Of a stretch of 64,000 bases of DNA, positions 50,775 to 63,761 are shown in pieces. This DNA is from Mobula hypostoma (lineage: Eukaryota). The translations under genes were made by a program, and so were the position numbers. How positions within the stretch are numbered: position 1 is the stretch's first letter; each line of letters begins with the position of its first letter. The notes beneath the pieces were generated by a model. It was not told where the DNA came from. It made no database searches and saw nothing but the letters and a program-made list of their open reading frames with translations. Where the stretch lies: NCBI RefSeq assembly GCF_963921235.1, contig NC_086097.1, positions 59,336,001-59,400,000 of the forward strand. Reading direction: 5' to 3'.

Positions 50775-51058
50775 TAATGGAAATAACTCAAGTGCAACAA
50801 ATGGGCTTCACAATATTGTCAGTCTCCCTTGAAAGAGTCTCATCCAAATATCTATAATGAAAATCAAAAAAATTGTAGATTTTATTGAAGAGCCCAAATG
50901 AGAAACATTAACTGCTTCTCCTTCCACAGATACTGTGTGAACTGTCAGCATTGTCTGCTTTTATTTCTGAATTCCAAGAAGCCCTTTTGGGTAGAAGAGA
51001 AAGAACTGTTATAGTTCTGTAAATCTGCTTGATGATTTATGTATATTGTTCCTTAGAG

Positions 51059-52268
51059 CAGGGGTCCCCAACCTTTTTTGCACTGTGTACCGGTTTAATA
51101 TTGACAATATTCTTGCGGACCGGCCGACCTGGGGAGGGGGGGTGGTGGTAGGGTTGCCAACGGACAAGAGTACCAGTCAAATACGTTGTGTTTACCCTGA
51201 GAAAGACTACCATGACCATGATGAAGCCTTGCGCGGGCACCAGTACGCATGTGTGTACGTGCCGATTTTTTTCTACAGATCATTTCTGGCGATTCTGTCT
51301 GGGGGCTGGGGGGCAGTGTTAATCACAACCGGAATATAGGTGATAAGTGGCTAATACACTCAATTTTGTTTCTAAAAGGCTTTCTCTAACGAATTTAATA
51401 TTAAACTCACAGCGCATATTTTCCTCGCATGAAAATAGCGATAGGTCAATGATCAGGGGAGGACAGGGGAGCTTGAAGTAAGTGTTGAACGAACTTCCAG
51501 TAGAAGTGGTAGAGGCAGGTTCGATATTATCATTTAAAGAAAAATTGGATAGGTATATGGACAGGAAAGGAATGAAGGGTTATGGGCTGGGTGCAGGTCG
51601 TTGGGACTAGGTGAGAGTAGCGTTCGGCACGGACTAGAAGGGCAGAGATGGCCCGTTTCTGTGCTGTAATTGTTACATGGTTATATAAGTCACTTATAAG
51701 TCAATAAAATCATAACATTTTAAGTAACGTTTGGATGTTAAACACACAGCACATATTTTCCCCATATGAACATATAAAATCACTGCAATACACCAATATC
51801 GCTGAATTAGTGGGAGCCCTGGGCTGAATACTTGTTTCCCTGCAACAAGGCGGTGCATCGAAAGGTGGTGGAAGACAGAGATACTTGAAGGGGATTCCTT
51901 ATGTCCAGTCTATTCCTCAATTTAGTTTTCATTGCATTCATTGCAGAGATATGTTGGAAATGGAAGCAATGTTTTCAGTTCTTCATGGCTATCTCAGGTC
52001 ATTTAGCCTTGACTTTGATACAGAATGCCAGCAGAGATGTTATGTCAAACATACTTTTCAGCCCGCCGTCATTTGCAAGCTCGAGGAGTTGATCTCCTTC
52101 CCACACTGACATGGATGACGCGCGGGTAATGACCTCGCGTGCGTTCAAGTTCAACAGTGGGCGTGACAAGGAATGAGGAAAAGTACAGCTGACTCATATC
52201 GCCAAATCATATCGTTTCCTCGCGGCCCAGTAGCACATGCTATACGGCCCGGTGGTTGGGAACCGCTG
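51059..52268 (-). mobile_element. Non-autonomous hAT (Charlie-like) transposon
   Basis: 8-bp TSD CCTTAGAG at 51051-51058 and 52269-52276; TIRs CAGGGGTCCCCAACC / GGTTGGGAACCGCTG; minus-strand remnant DQLLELANDGGLKSMF (hAT C-terminal region). Confidence 0.92.
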
Positions 52269-54833
52269 CCTTAGAGCTATCATTTTGAAGTTGGAGAACA
52301 GGTTAGTTTGACCTTGGATTTTCAGAGTATTGAATACTGAAATATTTTTCAATATAAAACAATTAAAAGTAGAAAACTAATGAAGCAGCTATATAGGATC
52401 AACCTCAACCTCCCATAGTGAATGTCTTCCATGATGAGGATGTCTCCAAGTTTACGAAAAGGTCACGAGTTTCATCTGGAAGTGCATTGAGGATGTTGTC
52501 CTCCAGAAATTGGTCAGGGTCTTTCCAAACCAGAAACATGGATCAACAGTTCCATGCAAGCAGCAATTACTGCGTGACACAGAGCTTACGTTGCCGGTAA
52601 TTAGCAGAAGCTCAAGAAATATAGCTACGATCTACACAAAGTCATCAAAGCAGTGAAACAACAATATAGAGACAGGATTCAGACTCAACTTTCAAACAAC
52701 AATGCACTCAGCTTATGGCAGGATCTGCACACCATCTCAGACTTCAAAGCTAAGTGCAGTTCCAACATCGATGCCTCCCTCCCAGACGAGCTAAATCTTT
52801 TTTACGCTCGATTTGATGTCACCAATACTGAGCCCCTGAGGAGACCTGCAGATGATGCAATTGGCAGCTTTATCATCTCTGAGGCCGAAGGACGCAGGTG
52901 TTTCCAATGGGTGGACAGTCACAAGGCCACGAGACCGAATGGCATCCCAGTGCAGCATAACTGGCAAGTGCACTTACAGATATTTTTAATCTCTCCCTCT
53001 CCCAGCGCAGAGCACACCCTTGCTTCAAATTATCCACCATTGTCCCTGTACCTAAAAAGATCATAGAAACATAGAAACACAGAAAATAGGTGCAGGAGTA
53101 GGCCATTCGGCCCTTTGAGCCTGCACTGCCATTCAGTATGATCATGGCTGATCATCCAACTCAGAACCCTGTGCCAGCCTTCTCTCTATACCCGCTGATC
53201 CCTTTAGCTACAAGGGCCATATCTAACTCCCTCTTAAATATAGCCAATGAACTGGCCTCAACTGTTTCCTGTGGCAGAGAATTCCACAGATTCACCATTC
53301 TCTGTGTGAAGAAGTTTTTCCTAATCTCGGTCCTAAAAGGCTTCCCCTTTATCCTCAAACTGTGACCCCTCGTTCTGGACTTCCCCAACATTGGGAACAA
53401 TCTTCCTGCATTTAGCCTGTCCAATCCCTTTAGAATTGTATACATTTCAATCAGATGCCTCCTCAATCTTCTAAATTCCAATGAGTATAAGCCTAGTTGA
53501 TCCAGTCTTTCATCATATGAAAGTCCTGCCATCCCAGGAATCAATTTGGTGAAACTTCTTTGTACTCCCTCTATGGCAAGGATGCCTTTCCTCAGATTAG
53601 GGACCAAAACTGCACACAATACTCTAGGTGTGGTCTCAACAAGGCCTTGTACAACTGCAGTAGAACCTCCCTGCTCCTGTACTCGAATCCTCTTGCTATG
53701 AATGCCAGCATACCATTCGCCTTTTTCACCGCCTGCTGTACCTGCATGCCTACTTTCAATGACTGGTGTATAATGACACCGAGGTCTCGTTGCACCTCCC
53801 CTTTTCCTAATTGGCCACCATTCAGATAATTATCTGTTTTCCTGTTTTTGCCACCAAAGTGGATAACCTCACATTTATCCACCTTAAATTGCATCTGCCA
53901 TGAATTTGCTCACTCACCCAACCTATCCAAGTCACCCTGCATCCTCTTAGCATCCTCCTCACAGCTAACACTGCCACCCAGCTTCGTGTCATCCGCAAAC
54001 TTGGAGATGCTGCATTTAATTCCCTCATCTAAGTCATTAATATATATTGTAAAAAACTGGGGTCCCAGCACTGAGCCTTGCAGTACCCCACTAGTCACCG
54101 CCTGCCATTCTGAAAAGGTCCTGTTTATTCCCAGTCTTTGCTTACTGTCTGCCAACCAATTCTCCATCCACATCAATACCTTACCCCCAATACTGTGTGC
54201 TTTAAGTTTGCACACTAATCTCCTGTGTGGGACCTTGTCAAAAGCCTTTTGAAAATCCAAATACACCACATCCACTGGTTCTCCCCTATCCACTCTACTA
54301 GTTACATCCTCAAAAAATTCTATGAGATTCGTCAGACTTGACTTTACTTCCACAAATCCATGCTGACTTTGTCCGATGATTTCACTGCTTTCCAAATGTG
54401 CTGTTATCACATCTTTGATAACTGACTCCAGCATTTTTCCCACCGTCAATGTTAGGCTAACCGGTCTATATTCCCTGGTTTCTCTCTCCCTCCTTTTTTA
54501 AAAAGTGGGGTTACATTAGCCACCCTCCAATCCTCAGTAACTAGTCCCGAATCTAAAGAGTTTTGAAAAATTATCACTAATGCATCCACTATTTCTTGGG
54601 CTACTTCTGTAAGCACTCTGGGATGCAGACCATCTGGCCCTGGGGATTTATCTGCCTTTAATCCCTTCAATTTACCTAACACCACTTCCCTACTAACATA
54701 TTTTTCCCTCAGTTCCTCCATCTAACTGGACCCTCTGTCCCCTACTATTTCCGGAAGATTATTTATGTCCTCCTTAGTGAAGACAGAACCAAAGTAGTTA
54801 TTCAATTGGTCTACCATGTCCTTGCTCCCATAA

Positions 54834-56917
54834 AACCATAGAACCATAGAAACTACAGCACAGAAACAGGCCTTTTGGCCCTTCTTGGCTGTGCCAAACC
54901 TTTTTCTGCCTAGTCCCACCGACCTGCACACGGACCATATCCCTCCATACACCTCCCATCCAGGTATCTGTCCAATTTATTCTTAAATGTTAAAAAAGAA
55001 CCCACATTTACCACCTTGTCTGGCAGCTCATTCCATACTCCCACCACTCTCTGTGTGAAGAAGCCCCCCCTAATGTTCCCTTTAAACTTTTCCACCCTCA
55101 CCCTTAACCCATGTCCTCTGGTTTTTTTTCTCCCTTTGCCTCAGTGGAAAAAGCCTGCTTGCATTCATTCTATCTATACCCATAATAATTTTATATACCT
55201 CTATCAAATCTCCCCTCATTCTTCTACGCTCCAGGGAATAAAGTCTTAACCTATTCAACCTTTCTCTGTAACTGAGTTTCTCAAGTCCCGGCAACATCCT
55301 TGTAAACCTTCTCTGCACTCTTTCAACCTTATTTATATCCTTCCTGTAATTTGGTGACCAAAACTGAACACAATACTCCAGATTCGCCCTCACCAATGCC
55401 TTATACAACCTCATCATAATATTCCAGCTCTTATACTCAATACTTTGATTAATAAAAGCCATTGTACCAAAAGCTCTCTTTACGACCCTATCAACCTGTG
55501 ATGCCACTTTTAGGGAATTTTGTATCTGTATTCCCAGATCCCTCTGTTCCACTGCACTCCTCAGTGCCTTACCATTAACCCTGTATGTTCTACCTTGGTT
55601 TGTCCTTCCAACGTGCAATACCGCATACTTGTCTGCATTAAACTCCATCTGCCATTTTTCAGCCCATTTTTCCAGCTGGTCCAAGTCCCTCTGCAGGCTC
55701 TGAAAACATTCCTCGATGTCTACTACACCTCCAATCTTTGTATCATCAGCAAATTTGCTGATCCAATTTACCACATTATCATCCAGATCATTGATATAGA
55801 TGACAAATAACAATGGACCCAGCACTGATCCCTGTGGCACAACACTAGTCACAGGCCTCCACTCGGAGAAGCAATTCTCTACTACCACTCTTTGGCTTCT
55901 TCCATTGAGCCAATGTCTGATCCAATTTACCACCTCTCCATGTATACCTAGTGACTGAATTTTCCTAACTAACCTCCCATGCGGGACCTTTTCAAAGGCC
56001 TTACTGAAGTCCATGTAGACAATATCCACTGCCTTCCCTTCATTCACTTTCCTGGTAACCTCCTTGAAAAACTACAATAGATTGGTCAAACATGACCTAC
56101 CATGCACAAAGCCATGTTGACTCTCCCTAATAAGTCCCTGTCTATCCAAATGCTTGTAGATTCTGTCTCTTAGTACTCCCTCCAATAACTTACCTACTAC
56201 CGACGTTAAATTTACCGGCCTATAATTTCCCGGATTACTTTTCGATTCTTTTTTAAACAACGGAACAACATGAGCCACTCTCCAATCCTCCGGCACCTCA
56301 CCTGTAGACAGCGACATTTTAAATATTTCTGCCAGGGCCCCTGCAATTGCAACACCAGTCTCCTTCAAGGTCCGAGGGAACACCCTGTCAGGTCCCGGGG
56401 ATTTATCCACTTTAATTTTCCTCAAGACAGCAAGGACCTCCTCCTTTTCGATCTGTACAGTTTCCGTGATCTCACTACTTGATTCCCCTAATTCCATAGA
56501 CTTCATGCCAGTTTCCTTTTTAAATACGGACGCAAAAAACCTAGTTAAGATCTCCCCCATTTCCTTTGGTTCCGCACGTAGGCGACCACTCTGATCTTCA
56601 AGAGGACCGATTTTATCCCTTACAATCCTTTTGCTCTTTATATACCTGTAAAAGCTCTTTGGATTATCCTTCACTTCGACTGCCAATGTAACCTCATGTC
56701 TTCTTTTAGCACTCCTGATTTCTTTCTTAAATATTTTCTTGCACTTCTTATACTCCTCAAGCACCTTATTTACTCCCTGCTTCCTATACATGTCATACAA
56801 CTCCCTCTTCTTCTTTATCAGAGTTGCAATATCCCTTAAGAACCAAGGTTCCTTATTCCTATTCACTTTGCCTTTAATCCTGACAGGAACATACAAATTC
56901 TACACTCTCAAAATTTC
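54834..56917 (-). mobile_element. 5'-truncated CR1 of another subfamily, nested in the full-length CR1
   Basis: ORFs 56072-56896 and 55082-56047; 7-bp TSD CCCATAA at 54827-54833 and 56918-56924. Confidence 0.95.
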
Positions 56918-58289
56918 CCCATAATCAATTCACCTGTTTCTGTCTGTAGGGGACCTACATTTGTCTTAACCAATCCTTTTTCTTTTCACCTATCTATAAA
57001 AGCTTTTACAGTTAGTTTTTATGTTCCCTGCCAGTTTTCTCTCATAATCTTTTTTCCCTTTCCTAATTAAGCCCTTTGTCCTCCTGTGCTGGACTCTGAA
57101 TTTCTCCCAGTCCGCAGGTGAGCCACTTTTCCTGGCTAATTTGTATGCTTCTTCTTTGGAATTGATACTATCCCTAATTTCCCTTGTCAGCCACGGGTGC
57201 ACTACCTTCCTTGATTTATTCTTTTGCCAAACTGGGATGAACAATTGTTGTAGTTCATCCATGCGATCTTTAAATTCTTGCCATTGCATATCCACCGTCA
57301 ACTCTTTAAGTGTCATTTGCCAGTCTATCTTAGCTAATTCACAACTCATACCTTTAAAGTTACCCTTCTTTAAGTTCAGAACCGTTGTTTCTGAATTAAC
57401 TATGTCACTCTCCATCTTAATGAAGAATTCCACCATATTATGGTCACTCTTACACAAGGGGCCTCTCATGACAAGATTGCTAATTAACCCTTCCTCATTG
57501 CTCAATACCCAGTCTAGAATGGCCTGCTCTCTACTTGGTTCCTCGACATGTTGGTTCAAAAAACCATCCCGCATACATTCCAAGAAATCCTCTTCCTCAG
57601 CACCTTTACCAATTTGTTTCACCCAATCTACATGTAGATTGAAGTCACCCATTATAACTGCTGTTCCTTTATTGCACACATTTCTAATTTCCTGTTTAAT
57701 ACCATCCCCAACCTCACTACTACTGTTAGGTGGCCTGTACACAACTCCCACCAGCATTTTCTACCCCTTAGTGTTATGCAGCTCTACCCATATTGATTCC
57801 ACATTCTCCCAGCTAATGTCCTTCCTTTCTATTGCATTAATCTCCTCTCTAACCAGCAATGCTACCCCACCTCCTTTTCTTTCATGTCTATCCCTGCTGA
57901 ATATTGAATATCCCTGAATGTTGAGCTCCCATCCTTGGTCACCCTGGAGACATATGTCTCTGTGATCCCAACTATATCATATTCATTAATAACAATCTGC
58001 ACTTTTAATTCATCCACCTTGTTACGAATGCTCCTTGCATTGACACACAAAGCCTTCAGGCTCGCTTTTACAGCTCTCGTAGCCCTTATACAATTAAGTT
58101 GAAAAGTGGCCCTTTTTGATTTTTGCCCTGGATTTGCCGGCCTGCCACCTTTACTTTTCACCTTACTACTTTTTGCTTCTACCCTCATTTTACACCCCTC
58201 TGTCTCTCTACACTGGTTCCCATCCCTCTGTTGTGAACTAACTTCCTCTCTCCTAGTCTCTTTAATTTGATTCCCACCCCCCAACCATT

Positions 58290-59220
58290 CTAGTTTAAAG
58301 TCACCTCTGTAGCCCTCGCAAATCTCCCCGCCAGGACATTGGTTCCCCTAGGATTCAAGTGCAGCCCATCCTTTTTGTACAGGTCACGCCTGCGCCAAAA
58401 GAGGTCCCACACATCCAAAAATTTGAATCCCTGCCCCCTGCTCCAATCCCTCAGCCACGTATTTATTCTCCACCTCATTGCATTCCTACTCTCACTGTCA
58501 CGTAGCACAGGCAGTAATCCTGAGATTACTACCTCTGCGGTCCTTTTTCTCAACTCCCTTTCTAACTCCCTATATTCTCCTTTCAGGACCTCTTCCCTTT
58601 TCCTACCTATGTCATTGGTACCTGTATGTACCACGACCTCTGGCTCCTCACCCTCCCACTTCAGGATATCTTGGACATGATCAGAAATATCCCGGACCCT
58701 GGCACCAGGGAGGCAAACTACCTTCCGGGTCTCTGGACTGCGTCTACAGAATCGCCTAACTGAACCCCCTTACTATCAAGTCCCCTATTACAACTGCCCT
58801 CCTCTTCCTTTCCCTACCCTTCTGAGCTACAGGGCCGGACTGGAGGCACGGCCACTGACACTTCCCTCAGGTGAACTGTCCCCCCAACAGTACTCAAAAA
58901 GGAGTACCTATTGTCAAGGGGCACAGCCACCGGAGTGCTCTCTAGTACCTGACTCTTCCCCTTACCCCTCCTAACCATGACCCACTTGTCTGCCTCCCGT
59001 GGCCCCAGCGTGACCACCTGCCTGCAACTCCTCTCTATCAACTCCTCACTCTCCCTGACCAGACGAAGGTCATCGAGCTGCAGCTCCAGTTCCGTAACGC
59101 GGTCCCTTAGGAGCTGCATCTCGGCGCACTTGGCGCAGATGTGGACATCCGGGAGGCTGGGAGACTCCAGGACCTCCCACATCTGGCACCAAGAACAACA
59201 AACTGCCCTCACACTCATAC
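58290..59220 (-). pseudogene. CR1 ORF1 (zinc finger/leucine zipper + SGNH esterase), disrupted
   Basis: ORFs 58814-59245 and 58290-58634. Confidence 0.88.
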
Positions 59221-60348
59221 TGCCCCTCTCCTCAAATAACAACAAAAAATGAATACCAAACCTTCCTCGCCTCGCCCGTCTCCGCCCAAGCCTGTTGATC
59301 CGAAGCCCTTAAGCCTCCACTCTGCTCCTGGCTCACTCCGCCGCCCGCAAACTACGCTGCTCGCTGTATGAGGCTGTGTTCCTTTTAAATCTTCCGGGCT
59401 TCACTGCCCGACATCACACGCCTGCGCAGTCCTGCCTCTCTGAACGCCGATGGAAAAAAACCCGAAAAATTCAAAAATGGCTTCCTCCACACTCCCGCTC
59501 CGAATCTCAGACTTCCTTCTTCAAATGTTACCAAGGCAGCATGTCTGAACAACTGGCGTGCTGTCACACTCACCTCAATAATAAGCAAATGTTTTGAGAG
59601 GCTGGTCAAGGCCGACATTTGCAGCATGCTGCAGTCCACACTGGATCCCCACAATTTGTCTACTGACACAACCGACCAACAGATGATGCAATAGCCTCAG
59701 CTCTAACGACTGTACTTACTCATCTGAAGAAGAAGGATGCTTATGTGAGAATGCTATTCTTGGACTACAGTTCAGCATTCAACACCATAATTCCCTCCAG
59801 GCTTGACAAGAAGCTCAGAGACTTTGGTCTTCACCCTGCCTTGTGTAATTGGATCCCTGACTTCCTGTCAGATCGCTAGTGGGTAGTAAAAGTGGACTCC
59901 CTCACCTCTGCCCCTCTGGCCCTCAACACAGGTGCCCCTCAGAGCTGCGTACTAAGCCCCCTCCTTTACTTTCTGTATACCCATGACTGTGTCGCCACCC
60001 ACAGCTCCAATCTGCTAATTAAATTTGCTGACAACACTACACTGATTGGCTTAATCTCAAATAATAACGAGGCAGCCTACAGAGAGGAAGTCATCACCCT
60101 CACACAGTGGTGTCAAGAAAACAACCTCTCTCTCAATGGTGCAAAAACAAAGGACCTGGTTGTGGACTACAGGAGGAATGGAGACAGGCTAACCCATACA
60201 GACATTAAAGGATCAGGGGTTGAGAGGGTGAACAGCTTTAAGTTCCTCAACATAAGCATCACTGAGGATCTCACATGGTCTGTACATACTGGCTGTGTGG
60301 GGAAAAAGAGCCTCTTTCACCTCAGACAGTTGAAGAAATTTGGTATGG

Positions 60349-61320
60349 CCTCAAAACTATTTGCCCAGGAACCTATCTTCATATGAACTGCAAACTTTGC
60401 AAAAACCCATCAATTCCATCATCCAAACCGTTGCTATATAATGTAAAAAGAATCGGTTCCAGCAAAGACCCCTATGAAACACCACTAGTCACTGGCAACC
60501 AGCTGGAAAATGCCCCACTTATTCCCAATCTTTGCCTCCTGCCAATCAGCCACTACTTTATCCATGCTAGAATATTTCCAGTAATACCACGTGCTTGTAG
60601 CTTGTTAAGCAGCTTAAGCAGGCCTTCTGAAAATCCAAATACACAACATCGACTGATTCTCCTTTGCCTATCCTGCTTGTTATTTCTTCAAAGAATTTCA
60701 ACAGATTTGTCAGGCAAGATTTTCCTTTGAGGAAACCATTCTGACTACGGCCCATTTTATCATGTGCCTCCAAGTACCTTGAGACTTCACCCTTTATAAG
60801 TGACTCCAACATCTTCCCAGCCATTGAGATCAGACTAACTGGCCTATAGTTTCCTTTCTTCTGTCTCTCTCCCTTCTTGATGGGTGGAATCACACTTGCA
60901 ATTTTCCAGTCTTCCAGAACCGTTCCAGAATCTAGTAATTCTTGAAAGATCATTCCTCATGCTTCCATAATCTCTTCAGCAACATCTTTCAGAACTCTGG
61001 GGTGTACACTATCTGGTCCAGGTGTCTTATCTACCTTCAGATATTTCAGTTTCCCAAGAACCTTCTCTCTAGATATGGTAACTTAAGGCACTTCATGATC
61101 TCTGACACCTCGAACTTCCTCCATACTGCTAGTGTCTTCCATAGTGAAGCCTGACACAAAATATTTATTCAGATTGTCTTCCATTACTACCTCTCCAGCA
61201 ATGATTTCCAGTGGTTCAATATCCACTCTCACTTCTCTTTTACTCTTTATGAATCTGAAGAAACTTTTGGTACAATATTTAATATTACTGGCTAACTTAA
61301 TTTCATATTCCTTCTTTACT
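60349..61320 (-). repeat. Inverted duplicate of CR1 segment 31039-32025
   Basis: ORF 60567-60953 mirrors 31405-31821 (MIFQELLDSG..); identical junction with the Rex sequence. Confidence 0.9.
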
Positions 61321-62652
61321 CAGACTGTGTGAGCCGTGCGAGGCAACAGCATGTTACAATAGAACAAAGTAACATGTCTGAATGACTGGTATCCTGTCAC
61401 ACTCACCTCAATAATAAGAGGCTGGTCAAGGACTATATCTGCAGCATGCTACCACCCACACTGGATCCCCTGCAGTTCACCTCCGGACACAACTGATCAA
61501 CAGATGATGCAATAGTCACAGCTCTACACACCGTTCTTACACATCTGGAGAAGGTGCTTATGTTGTTGGGCTACAGTTCAGCATTCAACACCATAATTCC
61601 GTAGAGGCTCGACAAGAAGCTCAGAGATCTCGGCCTTCACCCAGTCTTGTGCAGCTGGATCCTGGACTTCCTGTCAGATCACCGGCTGCTGAAAAGAGTG
61701 GGCTTCCTCACCTCTGCCCCTCAACACAGGTGCCCCTCAGGGCTGTGTCCTAAGCCCCCTCCTTTACTCTCCGTACACCCACAAATGTGTCACAACTCAC
61801 AGCTCCAATCTGCTAATTAAATTTGCTGACCATACTACATTGACTGGCCTTATCTCAAACAATAACGAGGCAGTTTATAGAGAAGAAGTCATCACCTGGC
61901 ACAGAGGTGTCAAGAAAACAACCTCTCCCTCAATGGCACAAAAACAAAGGACCTGGTTGTGGACTACAGGAGGAATGGAGGCAGGCTAACGCTATAGACA
62001 TCAATGGATCAGGGGTAGAGAGGGTGAACAGCTTTTAGTTCCTCGACATAAGCATCACTGAGGATCTCACATACTGGTTGTGTGGTGAAAAAGGCACAAC
62101 AGGCCCTCTTTCACTTCAGACGGTTGAAGGAATTTGGTATGGCCCCCAGATTCAAAGAACTTTCTATAGGGGCACAATTGAGAGCACTCTGACTGGCTGC
62201 ATCACTGCCTGGTATGTGAACTGTACTTCCCACCATCGCAGGCCTCTACAGAGAGTTGTGTGGTCAACTCAGCGCCTCTGTAGATGTGAACTTCCCACTA
62301 TTCAGGACATTTACAGAGACAGGTGTGTAAAAAAGGCCTGAAGGATCACTGGAGATCTGAGTCACCCCAACCACAAGCTGTTCCAGCTGCTACCATCTGG
62401 GAAACGGTACCGCAGCATAAAAACCAGGACGAACAGGTTCCGGGACAGCTTCTTTCACCAGGCCATCAGACTGCTTAATTCATGCTGACACAGCTGTATT
62501 TATATGTTATATTGACTGTACTGTTGTACATACTATTTATTATAAATTACTATAATAGCACATTGCACATTTAGATGGTCAAGTAACGTAAAGATTTTTT
62601 ACTCACGTATATGAAGGATGTAAGAAATAGAGTCAATTCAATTCAATTCAAT
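61321..62652 (+). mobile_element. Rex1-type 3' part, apparently a mosaic of Rex-B and Rex-C
   Basis: Shares private deletions with 30780-30950; matches 60130-60350 beyond ~61935; (TTCAA)n tail. Confidence 0.88.
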
Positions 62653-63390
62653 ACCATAACAGCAAATGCTACTAAGATTCTTTAATTTCTTACATATACA
62701 ACAAGTGTTTCACAGATGGAATAAAGTCAAAGATGCACACTTAAACTGCTCTGAAGAATGAGATACTTGTGGCTTGTGGACTGCCTGTCAAATGCCTTAA
62801 AACCCTAGCAACCATTCTGAAAATGCAGACGGAATGGAATTGCTTTCTAAATCTTAGAATTTCCTTGAGATGGTCAACTCCAGCTCCAGGATCCCACTAA
62901 AGCAGTTGCAAGATTCATAGTCTGCTCAAAACAGAACTGAGGAAAGTGTGTGCATGACCAAGCAACCTATTAAATATCTCCTCCTGGAGAGTGTTGGACA
63001 ACTATATAACAGAAGTGGAATATTTCTACCCATAGCTTATACTTTTAATGTAATGGCTCCAAGATATGTTTAGTCTTCCACCTTTCTTCACAGTTTCACA
63101 GAAGGTTGCATGGACTATTGTGGAACCACGCCTCTGTGGACTGAAATTGCGCTGTCTTCTCTCTGGATAACAGCATCAATGATTTTCTCCCAGCCACTCA
63201 AACAGTATCCTTCCACAGTCACCATGTGTGAAAAGTGCAGACCAATGTTGTTTCGTCCTGGCTTAGGGTTGCATGAGGTCACCCTTAAAAGAGATATCTG
63301 CAGTCTGTCAGCTTGCATATCAGATGCCCTACTGAGTCTATGCAATTACTGCATAGGAGCACTACCCCAGCCAAAGTTAACTGGAATCTA

Positions 63391-63597
63391 GGCAACACAC
63401 ATAAAAGTTGCTGTTGAACGCAACAGGCCAGGCAGCATCTCTAGGAAGAGGTACAGTCGAGGTTTCGGGCCGAGACCCTTCGTCAGGACTAACTGAAAGA
63501 AGAGCTAGTAAGAGATTTGAAATAACAGATGGGGTACGAGGGGGAGGTTGAATACCTACGCTCTGTCCACCAGAGAAAGCAGGATCTCCCAGTGGCC
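63391..63597 (-). mobile_element. PLE fragment: inverted terminal arm with hammerhead 63455-63490 (GUC>CUC) plus a plus-strand ORF piece
   Basis: Matches 4256-4385; followed by LRSVHQRKQDLPVA, which resembles the PLE GIY-YIG region. Confidence 0.8.
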
Positions 63598-63761
63598 TGC
63601 ATGCCTCTGGTCAGTGAACATATAATTATAACTGAATGTTGAATTGTTGCAGACTTATGTACTGCCCTGGTTAAGAATTCTACCGCTATGCTGTGAGGCC
63701 TTTTATTTTAGCTGTTTTCTGTAAAAGCAGCGTGTCCTGCTGATCAGGAGTCAGAGCTTCA

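Larger units (their letters stand above)
53063..59530 (-). mobile_element. Essentially full-length CR1 LINE (5' UTR, ORF1, ORF2, tail), same family as 37370-40305
   Basis: ORF1 CCSWCQMW..CAKC, coiled coil, HTGTND/DGLHLN esterase; EN 56990-57757; RT 53161-54721; TTTCTATG tail. Confidence 0.95.
52530..60350 (+). mobile_element. Rex1-type LINE (Rex-C) in parts 52530-53062 and 59531-60350, split by a full-length CR1
   Basis: SLPDELNLFYARF; collinear CCTAAAAAGA|CCAAGG across the CR1; GAPQSCVLSPLLY, IKFADNTT. Confidence 0.88.

Noticed and set aside
57141..57917. Long antisense ORFs (258 aa here, 212 aa at 37555-38193, 134 aa at 6396/39128/53848)
   Set aside because: They are shadow frames opposite CR1 ORF2 and recur only because the copies are paralogous.
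63115..63345. 76-aa minus-strand ORF in unique DNA
   Set aside because: No recognisable homology and no convincing splice-site pair.
63658..63760. Possible LTR start (TGTACTGCCCTGG)
   Set aside because: Cannot be verified; interrupted and close to the window edge.
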